DNA of 64,000 nt from Azolla caroliniana. Taxonomy: Eukaryota > Plantae > Polypodiophyta. Positions 38,354 to 49,534 of the stretch are shown piece after piece. How positions within the stretch are numbered: the first letter of the stretch is position 1; each line of letters opens with the position of its first letter. The notes under the pieces were generated by a model. That model was not told the DNA's origin. It did not search any database and saw only the letters and a program-made list of their open reading frames with translations. The DNA is taken from assembly GCA_043228905.1 (NCBI GenBank), contig JBHGNT010000003.1, positions 25,854,001-25,918,000 on the forward strand. Direction: 5' to 3'. A program made the position numbers and the translations under genes.

Positions 38354-40048
38354 CTAGTGTGTGCCTGTGGAAGAAGTTGTAACATTTGGGTATTGGAGTG
38401 AGAGTGTGGTGATGGAGACCACACACCCGGTCACGAGTCCCTTGGGTACAAACGTTATGACCAGACTCGATTCTGACTCGAGTTCCAGGTCCTGGATCCT
38501 CTTTGTCAATGGCAGGACAAAGTCCGAGACACTCACATTCACTGCAAACTGCGGCACATTAAACGCCGTCCCCACAAACTCATGGCAGCCCGTTGTTGTG
38601 TCGGCGGTTGCTGAAGGAAGGTTCAAGAATACATCGAGAATGAAGGATTGGTTTTCCGTGAATTGTACCCCGCCGATATACAGGTTCTCCTCCTTTTTCT
38701 TTGATGATGATGAAGACCCGAGTTTTCGATAGTCCCGATGTAATACTGCCGAGCATGGCTTCCGGATGGGCTTCCCCATCTTGCATGCCTTGTGCTTGGC
38801 CCCGATATTGGCGGCTCCGTGGCTGAGCCGAACCGGAACTGCCGCAACCCAGGGTATCGGCACTTCCTCGTAAACATAACCCAAATCCGTCGTGTCGAGC
38901 GCGTCCCTCACCTTCACTCTCACCATCTCCGCATCCTCATTGTAGAAGGCAAACTCCGAGTTAAGGTAGTCTTCATCGTCGAGGTGGGCATTGCCGGGCA
39001 ATCGGGTCCAAACCTCCCATAGGCGATCCATGGCGACATGGTGGGGGTAGAAGAGGGGGTCTCGCGCAGACGCGTAGAAATAACCCATATCTAGGCCTCC
39101 CATGGTGGAATCGGGCTTAGAACCGATCCATAGATGAAGCGTGTTGTGTGGATACTTCTCGCCCGAGCCATATCCGGGCATGGGGTCGTCCCCGTGCCGG
39201 TAAGGTTTGCCGTGGAATGCGTACTTGGAATCGGAGTTGCGTATCATGGCTCTGTAAAGGTAAGCGTTGTTCTCACGCAGTTGGAAGGAGGGGGGGCGGG
39301 GCTCGGCGTTGTAGGTGAGATAGTCGATGGCGGCTATGGAAGGCGGGGAGTGATCTGCATCACGGTGGGCCTCGTTGAGGGGGGACAGGTGAGCGTACAT
39401 CCATGGCATGGACGCTCCCTCGGGGTGGTCGTAGTTCCAGAAGGGGAGGGCGAAGTGGTCGTGGTCGTGGTCTTGGTCATGCTCGTGGTCATGGTCAGCG
39501 AGGAGCTTGGCGAGGATGCGCTCGTGGAAGTAGAGGTACCAGCGGTGGAAGGGGAAGAAGAGCCAGGAGGCGTGGACCTGAAAGCGCTGGGTGGAGTTGA
39601 GCTGGTCGTAGACGGCGTTGCAGTAGGCGCAATGGATGTTAGCCTGCTGGGAGAAGGAGCGCGGGTCGTGGTCGGGGAGCGCCTTCATGAGGGAGTAGGC
39701 CAGTGCCAGCCTCTCCCCGTACTTTGCATCCGCCACGTGCGCCGGGCGGCGGACCCTCAGCCCTGGCCCTGGCGGCGGCGCTGCGTCCTTGACCTTGACC
39801 TTGAGGTCTTGGGGGCGGAAGAGGGGCAGCGGGTGAGGCGGGAGAGGGGCGCAGCAGTTGAAGGGCTTCTGGGTGGGCGGGAGGTTGGTGGGCAGGTGGC
39901 AGCTGCTGATGTTAGGGGCCAGGACCATGACTCCTTCCCCACGTGCACCGCCGCCATCCGCACGTGCCATCGTCAGCAGCAGCAGCAGCATGATGGAGTC
40001 GTAAAGAAGCTGCTGGCACACCAAAGCAGGCGCCGCCATCGATATCAT
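38354..40048 (-). CDS. PPO: Polyphenol oxidase (type-III copper tyrosinase/catechol oxidase), uninterrupted CDS, probable secretory form, ~564 aa
   Basis: CuA QQANIHCAYC...FQVHASWLFFPFHRWYLYFHERIL; CuB EKYPHNTLHLW...DMGYFYASARDPLFYPHH..DRLW; DWL-domain DYLNSEFAFYNE..MVRVKVRDALDTTDLGYVY; C-terminal KFDV-like ILDVFLN and EFVGTAF. First ATGs at 40048/40039 precede a hydrophobic IMLLLLLTMARA stretch. Confidence 0.95.
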   Translation of the reverse strand: MISMAAPALVCQQLLYDSIMLLLLLTMARADGGGARGEGVMVLAPNISSCHLPTNLPPTQKPFNCCAPLPPHPLPLFRPQDLKVKVKDAAPPPGPGLRVRRPAHVADAKYGERLALAYSLMKALPDHDPRSFSQQANIHCAYCNAVYDQLNSTQRFQVHASWLFFPFHRWYLYFHERILAKLLADHDHEHDQDHDHDHFALPFWNYDHPEGASMPWMYAHLSPLNEAHRDADHSPPSIAAIDYLTYNAEPRPPSFQLRENNAYLYRAMIRNSDSKYAFHGKPYRHGDDPMPGYGSGEKYPHNTLHLWIGSKPDSTMGGLDMGYFYASARDPLFYPHHVAMDRLWEVWTRLPGNAHLDDEDYLNSEFAFYNEDAEMVRVKVRDALDTTDLGYVYEEVPIPWVAAVPVRLSHGAANIGAKHKACKMGKPIRKPCSAVLHRDYRKLGSSSSSKKKEENLYIGGVQFTENQSFILDVFLNLPSATADTTTGCHEFVGTAFNVPQFAVNVSVSDFVLPLTKRIQDLELESESSLVITFVPKGLVTGCVVSITTLSLQYPNVTTSSTGTH

Positions 40049-40070
40049 CAAGTCTTCGTCTCCCTTCCCT

Positions 40071-40074
<4 letters not shown>

Positions 40075-40104
<30 letters not shown>

Positions 40105-40157
40105 CTCCCTCTCTCTTTCGATCCCTTGATCTCCACACACACACACACACCTACAAT

Positions 40158-40189
<32 letters not shown>

Positions 40190-40190
40190 A
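40075..40190. repeat. Compound microsatellites (CT)n, (CA)n, (GAA)n upstream of the PPO ATG
   Basis: Directly visible runs. Confidence 0.9.
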
Positions 40191-40646
40191 GAGGCGGACG
40201 GTCTCTCTTTCGATGGTGCTTCTATATCATCGTCATAAACCAACTCTTTCGCATGGTTTTGCTTCTCTCATTTGCGTTTGGCGTTTTGCTTTTCCGCAGC
40301 AAAAAAGCTCGCGTACGCACACATATAATATTATATATATATACATATCCTACTCTATTCTTACATATTATATTTGTATCTAGATTATCGATTCCTCGTC
40401 GTCTTCATCCTCTATTATGTGTATGTATAACAGTATATATAATAATATATATATATATATAGAGTGGATTCGTCTTCTCTTTTTCTAGCGTCCACTTAAA
40501 TTTAGCTCACCTCGCTCCCTATTTTTAATGCTCCACACACATGTATACATACATACATAGATGTTGTGTGAGCTTATCCTTTTTAGTCCATCATTCCTAT
40601 ATTATGTTATCCCTTTGCTCTATGATCATCCACTATTGGCAAACCG

Positions 40647-40647
<1 letters not shown>

Positions 40648-40724
<77 letters not shown>
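40648..40724. repeat. (CA)n microsatellite
   Basis: Uninterrupted AC dinucleotide run of ~75 bp. Confidence 0.97.
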
Positions 40725-40726
<2 letters not shown>

Positions 40727-41399
40727 AATACACGCATGAGATCGGGTTGGTATATGACTCGCATACTTAGTTGCATGAGAAGCCGATTGAAAAACGCCAC
40801 ACACTTTATTGCATGATATCCAATTGATGTCAAATGGCACACGTAATCCATGGCAAGAGGTTGAGGACATTCTTGGAAATGTGAACACGAGGTTGTTTTA
40901 GAGCTTTTCTTCGTAATGTAAGTAGAAATATGCCTTGCTCGTCATGTTCAGATGAGTGAATGGGTGGAGAATACTTCCTAACATAAATATATAGAAACGC
41001 ATGTCAATAATATTGAATCAAGCTTGCTATTTCTTGGCCATCCAACCTAAGACTTAGCTCCATCACTTCGTCTTTTCCAAAAATAGAGCTACTTTCCAAT
41101 TAGTTAGGAGGGTTCCATCACTTTTATTCAAATATATCCTTTTATATAAATGGCTAGAGAGAGTGGTATAGACACTCCGTTGCAATGCATGTTTCAATCC
41201 AATAGTCCTAAACAATTTGAGCATTTTTGGGAAGCCCGAACTATGAGTCACCTTTATGTCACCCTTGAGTTGTTGGTAGCACCTTTTTTACGCAACACGT
41301 TGCCAAGGTTCCCTTGCATTACACATGTGGCAATACAATGGAGTAGGGAATCACAAATTGGCTAGGATAATCGCTTCATAAGGGGTATCACAATGTCCA

Positions 41400-42850
41400 A
41401 TATATCATGTAAGGTCTTCCTTAGGTAGGTATGTTGTAAGGATGTCAATGGCTCTAGTGAGGTTCTCTTGAAAGACGATTGCCTCAAGGTTAGCCTTCTA
41501 ACTCAAGATAACAGTTAAATATCTTAGAAGTATACATTATATTGAGTGCTTGTCACTTTCAACACAAGATCATTAATGACGTAGAAGTATACTATTGAAC
41601 GCTTGTCACTTCTACACACTTGCTTGAATAACACCAATCTTGTTTGGCAGTACATGATTCCAAATAGGTTCCTATCATTGTAAATGTAGTTTATCCTACA
41701 TTATATTAAGCAATAGTGGTATCATGGTTTGGGGGCTTGTCATTGCTTTGTGGTAAGGGTGGTGAACCCATGCATAACCAATGCTCATATGAGAGGATGG
41801 CAACATTAGGGACTATGACAAGTATGTGATATGTCCATGGACTTTGGAAGGGAGGCAGAGGAGTCGGTGCACATTCACAACATGCAGGAGATTGTTTATG
41901 AGATGTGTGCTTCACGTTGGTGTTCCTGATGTATCACCATCTAAAGTCTTCGGTTGAACACAAAACATCGCTACCTTGAAACAATTAATAATTTGGCCAG
42001 TCTCATCACAACATTGGGTTCCAATGTGGTGCATATTGTTGATGGTGTGAGCATATGCACCCGGTTCATGACCAAAGCATAACTCATTTAAGAGGATTGT
42101 CAATCCTTTTATTTCAACCATAAGAATTCATCCCGAAGGTAATTGGTATCATTACTTGTGTCACATGCTAATAACTCTTCTTTGAAATTTGTGGTCATAG
42201 ATTGATCATCAAGGATCCAACCACTTCATGTTCATGTATCTTTTGTGTGTACACTTGCACTCTATAAGTCCTATTTTTCTTTCTCATGTAGTGAACATCA
42301 TTCCCAAGGTCCATGACCAGTCGGCTTACTCGCAGAAATGTAGTTCATTTTGTTCATTGATCTGGCAACTACAAAATTTAATGTGAGGCAAGCCTCGACG
42401 TCATATATTATGTTTGAAGACGTGATGAATTATCATGCCCTAGGGATGTTAGAGTTTTACCTTTACTTCAAAAATCATTGGGCTACCCTACTTTTGCCAA
42501 CAATTCTAGGTTGTAATACAAGGAGTGTGAAACTAGTATTGTTAGTTTTGAAGGGTATCATTACCCATGCATCTTGCGTAGTGATCCCAAGACCGCTATA
42601 TGTGGGTTTGCCACTATAGTTTCCCTCTCTCCAACCTAGAGGTCTCATCGTAGTCATCAAAGTACATTGTACCATGGTTGAGGTGTCTAATCTTAGGAAT
42701 TCTTCTATTGGTAAGTGCTACAATTGTAGCCAAGATTGACTCAAGGTGTGCCAAAAGGGACAAGTTAAGTTGTAGGATTTGTTGTTGTGAAGCCACATTA
42801 ACTTCTGATGTTCCAAGAGATTGCTCATAGAAAACGGATAGAGACTTGTT
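41400..42850 (-). mobile_element. Possible very old Ty3/Gypsy integrase remnant
   Basis: Reverse frame CCECAPTPLPPFQSPW...LPQSND loosely resembles the integrase CxxC-PLP-PW region; highly degenerate. Confidence 0.3.
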
Positions 42851-43868
42851 CAACCTCCTCCTTTTGTAAATAGCTTACATAGTTAGGGGTTAGAGAAAGG
42901 GACTCTCTTGGCTCTTGTTCCAGCCGAATTCATGGCAATTTGGTTTTCCTTATCCTGGACTTTTGCTTGTTTCTCTCCTTGAATGAGGTGAGTATATATT
43001 TTTATTTTACATTTTTAGTTACAAAGATTTGGATAAGCTACTAAATGGGGCAATAGTATGTATTGTGTCTGGTTGGTTCAATTTCGTCTTCTTTAATGCA
43101 GGATTTGGAGGTGATTCAGAATCAGATATGGACGTGGTATGCTTAGAGGATTTCCTACTCTATGAGGCTTTTGTTTCCTCTTGCTCTTAATTGTTGTTTG
43201 AGTGCCTTGCTCATGTTCTTCCAAGTTCTGAGGTATGGATTGGGCACTTCTATCTACTACACTCATGCTTTTTAGATGGTACAACAGGAACACCAAATTT
43301 ACACATGCCTTTGTAATAATTTTTGGGCAACTAAGGCACATGGTCTTTGTTAGAATGAGGCTACCAAGTTGTGTGCAATGTGTTGAGAGGACGGAGGTCT
43401 GTTGGGTTCCCATCGTATTGGCTCGATTTCTATATTTAATGTGGTAGTCCTATTTGTTTATAACTCAGTCACTCACAATATGGGGGCCATGGAAACTAGA
43501 ACATTGTATTTCAAGCCTATCCATAGGGCCTCATGGTTCTACTCTTTGGTTGCAAATGCCATTTCTTTACATATATACATGATCAATGTTGGAATCTATA
43601 TTCTTTGGAATGTGAGAAAACCTTGTCATTGTGGATATTATCCTCCTTGTTATAGTTCTTCTTACCTAGATGTTAACCTAGATGTTACCGAAACTTGCTC
43701 ATATACACATATCCAAGACTTGTGACGTGGGCCATAATTCTAAGTAAAGTAGGTTGTTGATGTAAGATATTGGGTGAAATTGTGCATGAAGGTGAGTTAG
43801 GGTGTCATGTATGGCAGTTTTTTGTCTTCCAATAATTATCATGTTATGCATCACAAATGCTTTACACT

Positions 43869-43920
43869 TGTTGAGAATCAAGCTCAACCTAGTCTAGTGT
43901 GTGAACACACATTTTGAGAA
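43869..43920 (+). mobile_element. Short LTR 5'-end fragment of the Copia-2 LTR family
   Basis: tgttgagaatcaagctcaac.t.gtctagtgtgtgaac is the reverse complement of ~49235-49272. Confidence 0.65.
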
Positions 43921-44489
43921 TCTATGAGCACTCAAAGGTCAAAAGTCGGCACTACTTTCTACACATTAAGTATGTGTCAAAGGTCAAAAGTCTCCTTGCA
44001 CCTAGATACCCACACTTGCCAAATTGTAAGGCCGACCACTAATAACCATATGTCCATGTTAAGTAATTAGGTAATTAACTAGGGTTAATTAGAGACTAAT
44101 TATATGGTTACGTTAAGCAGCGGAAGATTAGTATGATATGCGCGTGAGAGTGTGTGAGAGGAAGAGAGAGAGAGAGGAAGTTACACTTGAACACAAAGAT
44201 AAATGGGGGATGATTGACTATATTGAAAAGTGTCATCAACATTCAAAAATACCCACAATGAGGTATATATACAACCCATGTGGAAAGGTGCACATGTGTG
44301 GGTAGAACATAGGTAGTTATGTGTAAGTCCTACATTAAATGTACTAAGGAGTGGAGGATCTAGAATAGCCCACTTAAGTACAAGGTCCTATTTAAAGGCT
44401 TAAGGTCAACATATTAACTAGATTCGATCTAAGTAACTACTAAGTTACATGTGTTGACTAACTAGATTAAACTAGTTGAGCTTGATATC

Positions 44490-45825
44490 TCAACACGCCC
44501 CCTCAAGCTCAAGTGTGAGGCGTCCAATGTCCGGTTTAGCTTCCTTCGGCTTTGTCGACATCGGTGCGGCTTGTGGCTTTCTTCGCGGCTTCGTTGCACG
44601 GCTCTCCGCGGCTTTGTTGCGCGGCGTTGCGCGGCTTTCTTCACGTCTTCGCGGCTTCGTTGCGCGGTTCTCTGCAACTTTGTTCTCCCCCTCAAGCCTG
44701 TGACGAAGGCTTGGATCCTCGGGCTCTTGTTTGGCCACTACCTCCATCGCGAGGTCATAGTGATGGGCCATATACTCGTTGTAGGCATAATGAGTGACTT
44801 GGGTCTTCGCTCGTGATGAGCGGCGGAGTTTCTCGTTTGTCGATGTGAGTGCCTTCTTTACTCCGGGTGTCCTCATGATGGGTACACCGAACTCACTGTC
44901 TAGTGAGTGAGCCGAATCATCCGAATCACGGTTGTCGGGGTGGACCTCGACTTCGTATTCGGGCATCTTACCTTTGCCTTTGTCCGATGTCGGACTTGGC
45001 CGCGACGTGTTTTCATCGCGTGGAGGCGCTTGTGGGCCAATTTGCTCGGTAGAGCTTGGATTGTCCTTTGGTGGAGGACTTGGCCGAGTTTCGTCGTCCG
45101 AGTTGGCGTTCAACTCTTCCTCGATCGGGTCGGATGGAGTCGCATCGGGCTTATACCAAGATGCCGATTCGTCGAAAACGACGTCGCGACTTATCTGCAC
45201 CGCTCGGGTCGAAGGGTTGAAGCACTTGTACGCCTTTTTCGCGGACAAGTATCCTATGAGGATACATTCTTCCGACTTCGCGTCAGGCTTCTCTCGACTT
45301 TCGTTCGGGATGCGTACATTCGCAATGCTTCCGAACACCTTGAGGTGTGAGAGGATGGGCTTTCTTCCAATGAAGATCTCGTATGGAGTAAGCTCGTGCA
45401 CGCTATTTGTGGTGCATCGATTCATGAGATAGACGGCCGTGGATGGCGCTTCCGCCCAATAGAAGTTCGGCATGTGCTTCACACGCATCATGGTGCGTGC
45501 TACCTCGAGTATTTGCCGATTCTTTCTCTCGGCTACTCCGTTTTGTTGGGGAGTGTGTCGGCATGAGAATTCTCTAAGAATGCCTTCACCTTGGAGGTAG
45601 GAGGTGAACTCATCGGAGAAGTACTCCTTTCCTCCGTCCGATCGTAGGCATCGAATGTGCCGACCGGTTTCTTTCTCCACTTGGCTTTTGAGCCTTTGAA
45701 AGTGGGAGAGCACTTCGCTCTTCTTCTTCATGGGGTATATCCACGCGTAGCGCGTGTGGTCGTCGATGAAGGTGACGTAGTAGCGGCATCCGCCAAGCGT
45801 CGGCGTTTGAGCCGGTCCCCATAAT
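44490..45825 (-). pseudogene. Copia-1 integrase core and linker, fused directly to the element 3' end
   Basis: YYVTFIDDHTRYAW, LRSDGGKEY, TPQQNGVAERKNR, CILIGY; the frame then passes from EPE (normal RT start) straight to 3'-terminal sequence. Confidence 0.85.
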
Positions 45826-47356
45826 CCAAGTGTATGACGTCGAGGAGGCCTTTGCTTGTGGAGCTCTCCTTCGGGAATGGGAGTCGATGTTGTTTTCCAA
45901 GTTGGCATGCTTCACACACTCGGTCGACTCGTTTTGATTCGAAGGCCGGGAGTCCGATTACGACTCCCTTTGATTGCATTCCGCGAAGCCGTTGGAGGTT
46001 TACGTGGCCGATTCGCTTGTGCCACAACTCAATGTTTGTCTCGGTCTTGAGACCTTTGGCGTACATGGCCGATTTTTCCTCGTTCGAGTCGAGGATGAAC
46101 AAGCGACCGTCTCTCCGTCCCTTGGCTATAAGTCGACTGTCTTGCTCCACGATTTGGCCGACCGAGACTTGCTCCACGATTTGGCCGACCGAGACCAAAT
46201 TATTTGTTATTGTGGGCACGTGCAAGACATTCTTGATGCAAGTTTGCTTGCCTTCTTTCCCGAATGGGACATCGCCGATGTGCCGAATGGGATGCAGAGT
46301 GTCGTCTCCGGTCTCTATGTAGCCGGGAAACCACTCTTGGTGCGATGTCATGTGGTGCAAGGCGCCAGAGTCTACAAACCATGTGTGTTCGGAGTTGGAG
46401 GTGCTTGCGGAGTTTGCGGGATCGGAGGCCATCATAGAGTTCGCTCTATGCCTCATCACGAAGAGTCCGCCGTAGTCCGCGTATTCCGCGTTCACGGCGT
46501 AATTTGTGAGTTGCCGGCTTGTTGAGGCCGACTTGCTTCGTCTTTTTCGGCACTCCTCTTCGCGATGGCCGATTTTGCCGCAATAGTTGCACGTAGGTGG
46601 CTTCGTTCGCCGACCTTGTTCGGCGTGGAAGCTTCCCCTTCTTGTGAAGGTTCCTCGATGGCTTCCGTTTCCTTGCCGAAATTGTGAATTCCCTTCGTGG
46701 GATAGGTCGAATTGACCTCTTCCGCTTCGACCTCGTCTATGGGCACCATCCGTATCGGAGAAGAGCATTTGTCCTTTCGATGTGTTGGTCTTTGATTGAA
46801 CATGGTTTTCTTCGACCAATAGCATTGATTGGAGGTTGAAGAACAAGGGAGGGGTATCTCTCGCCAAGATTGCCGTTCTCAACGGGTTGAATCGTTGTGC
46901 GAGGCCGCCTAAGCATACTTGCACCATCTTGTCCTCGTCGATGTTGACGTTGATGGAGCCAAGAGAGTCGCAAATGCTCTTGATCTTGGCGGTGTAGTCC
47001 GTCATGGACATTTCTTTTTGTCGTATGTTGTTCAACTCTTGCCGGAGTTGAAGCTTGCGCGCGGATGTGTCCGCGGTGAAAATCTTCTTGAGATTTTCCC
47101 ACGCCTCTTTGGGTGCCTTGGCGTCACGAATGTGGCTAAGCATGTGGTCGTTTACACATGTTGCCAAGCAATACATTACCCGACTCGCGCCTTGCTCCCA
47201 TGTTGGGTAGTTGGCGTGTGTGGTTTCGGGTTTGTTTTCTTGTGCGCCGTTGATGTAGCTCCAATACCCTTGGCCGACAAGGTATTGATTCATCTTGTAC
47301 TCTCAAGATGAATAGTTGCTTCGGTCTAGCTTTTCGCTAGGGAGTGAGCTTCCCAT
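45728..47356 (-). pseudogene. Copia-1 gag-protease-GAG-pre-integrase (stop near 47303, frameshift near 45825)
   Basis: ORF 45728-47293 plus upstream MGSSLPSEKLDRSNYSS*; the VIH-x-D-VWGP motif is broken by a frameshift; VSVGQIVEQ is duplicated. Confidence 0.85.
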
Positions 47357-49534
47357 TTGTTTGTTCATGTTGATTGTTGTGTCTTCTGTTTTGTTTTTCT
47401 TCTCTTGGTCGTACACATCCTTCGTAGCGGCACTACAGTAGCGGATAGCGAATAGCCGGGATTTTTCGCCGGCGTCTCGAACACACAATCACGAATAAGC
47501 GGTGGGCTTAGTGGATTTCCTAAACCACGTGCTCTGATACCATGTTAAGTAATTAGGTAATTAACTAGGGTTAATTAGAGACTAATTATATGGTTACGTT
47601 AAGCAACGGAAGATTAGTATGATATGCGCGTGAGAGTGTGTGAGAGGAAGAGAGAGAGAGAGAGGAAGTTACACTTGAACACAAAGATAAATGGGGGATG
47701 ATTGACTATATTGAAAAGTGACATCAACATACAAAAATACCCTCAATGAGGTATATATACAACCCATGTGCAAAGGTGCACATGTGTGGGTAGAACATAG
47801 GTACTTATGTGTAAATTCTACATTAAATGTACTAAGGAGTGGAGGATTTAGAATATCCCACTTAAGTACAAGGTCCTATTTAAAGGCTTAAGATCAACAC
47901 ATTAACTAGATTCGTTACTACTAAGTTACATGTGTTGACTAACTAGATTAAACTAGTTGAGCTTGATATCTCAACAGTCCACGTAGTGTTCATGTAAGAA
48001 GAATGAACCTCCTTGCGTTGGTTGTACAGTTCCTTGCATCACCTTTAAAGAAGGAATATTTCCATTCCACCCTTGAAACCACGAAGCCGATTCAGTGGCC
48101 AACCAAGTGACTTCTGCGCTCGATACATGAACCTCAACCCTGAACCGAGCCAAGATTCTTAAGCTCCTCAGCCAAATTTCTTGGGCTCGTGGGCAACACC
48201 ACAAACAATGTGCGATGTCCTCCAAGCTCGCACTGTAGGCCTTGCAACTACTCATGCCACCTCTATTCCCAAGCCACTCTCCTGTTGGAACAACCTGATG
48301 GGTGAATAACTAGAAAAACACTTTGACCCGCTCGGGAAGGGATGAGTTCCATATCTTGCTCCTTGTTCTATCCACGAAGATTGAATTGACAACTACATGG
48401 GCCCACTTGTTGGCACACTTCTCACGATACCAACCTCACTTTCTCCCCAAGCGCGTAGAGTATTCGAAGAAACCTAATGATTTATCTTGTTCTCCCTTCC
48501 ACGTATATTCAGCGGGATCCCATTCTAAGCACCCGAGAGGCTTGCCTTCAACCACGTACAAGATCCAGTCCTCCTCAACCTCTTCGACAAGTGGATTCAC
48601 CTTCCATTTCTGTCCGTCTCTTGCTACAATTCTAATTGGGTACCAACATGCACTTTCATCTATTGATCCCAACTAGACGATCTTCCCATTCTTTCCTAGA
48701 CCCCTGACATTGATAATTGTAAAGAATCAAGAGATGGATTCTTGTGAAGCAGAATAGGTGTGAACTGTGTGTGTGTGTGTGTGTGTATGAGATAGATAGA
48801 TAGATAGAGAGAGAGAGACACACACACACAGAGTATACGCAAGGTTAAGTATATTAACAAAGGAGAAAGACACAACACAATTGTAAAGAATCAAGAGATG
48901 GATTCTTGTGAAGCGGAAGAGATGTGAGTTATGTGTGTGTGTGTAAGAGAGAGAGAGAGAAAGAGAAAGAGAGTGAAACACAGAGAATACGCAAGGTAAA
49001 AGTATATTGACAAAGGAGAAAGACTCAACATCATACAAGGTGGGAGGAGGGTGCTTTATGTAGTCACCCTCTCTCTTCATTAACAATAAGACTCATGGAG
49101 CATGGGGAATGTGAAAGCTCATAAGTTATGTGTCATAGAATATGATTCTATGACTCATACTAAATGCTAGAATACAAAGTGGTGACATAATGGTGACTCT
49201 TGACCGTTGGTGTGTCTCTTCACTCTCAAGGTGAGTTCACACACTAGACCAAGTTGAGCTTGATTCTCAACACGTCCCCTCAAGCTCAAGTCGGGTCGGT
49301 TTCAGACGGTATCCGAAATCCGCTTCAACTCATGTTCCGGAGTCTGCGTCGACTCGCTTTATGCAGAGTTGCGGAATCCGTGCTCCAGCTTGCATTGTGC
49401 GTAGTTACGAAGTCTGTGCTTCGGTTTGCGTCTTTCTTCGCGGCTTTGCGCGGTAGATCGGCTCTTCGCAGCTTCTTTGCGTGGTGGCGGAATCCACGCG
49501 TTATTGCGTAGTGCGCGGTTGCGGAATATACACG

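Larger units (their letters stand above)
44057..47976 (-). mobile_element. Ty1/Copia LTR retrotransposon (Copia-1), both LTRs intact, lacking RT and RNase H
   Basis: LTRs 47543-47976 and 44057-44495 (TG..CA, about a dozen substitutions plus small indels); 5-bp TSD GTCCA (44052-44056 / 47977-47981); PBS TGGTATCAGAGC (47531-47542, tRNA-iMet); PPT 44496-44509. Internal gag, CNYCGKIGHREEEC knuckle, protease WFVDSG, GAG-pre-integrase LWHKRIGH, integrase core. Confidence 0.95.
43975..48700 (-). mobile_element. L1-like LINE ORF2 3' remnant (zf-RVT region), split by Copia-1 into 47977-48700 and 43975-44056
   Basis: Reverse frame IWNSSLPERVKVFF...SCKAYSASLEDIAHCLWCCPRAQEIW. Removing Copia-1 and one TSD rejoins HEHYVD|IWLLVVGLTIWQVWVSRCKETF in frame. 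Confidence 0.8.

Noticed and set aside
38354-40048. PPO as a recent horizontal transfer because it is GC-rich and uninterrupted among AT-rich multi-exon genes
   Set aside because: It has the plant-specific PPO architecture (HCAYC, DWL and KFDV domains), and plant PPOs are commonly intron-poor.
39134-40129. 331-aa ORF antisense to PPO
   Set aside because: Shadow ORF caused by GC-rich codon usage of PPO; Val/Gly-rich with no recognisable domain.
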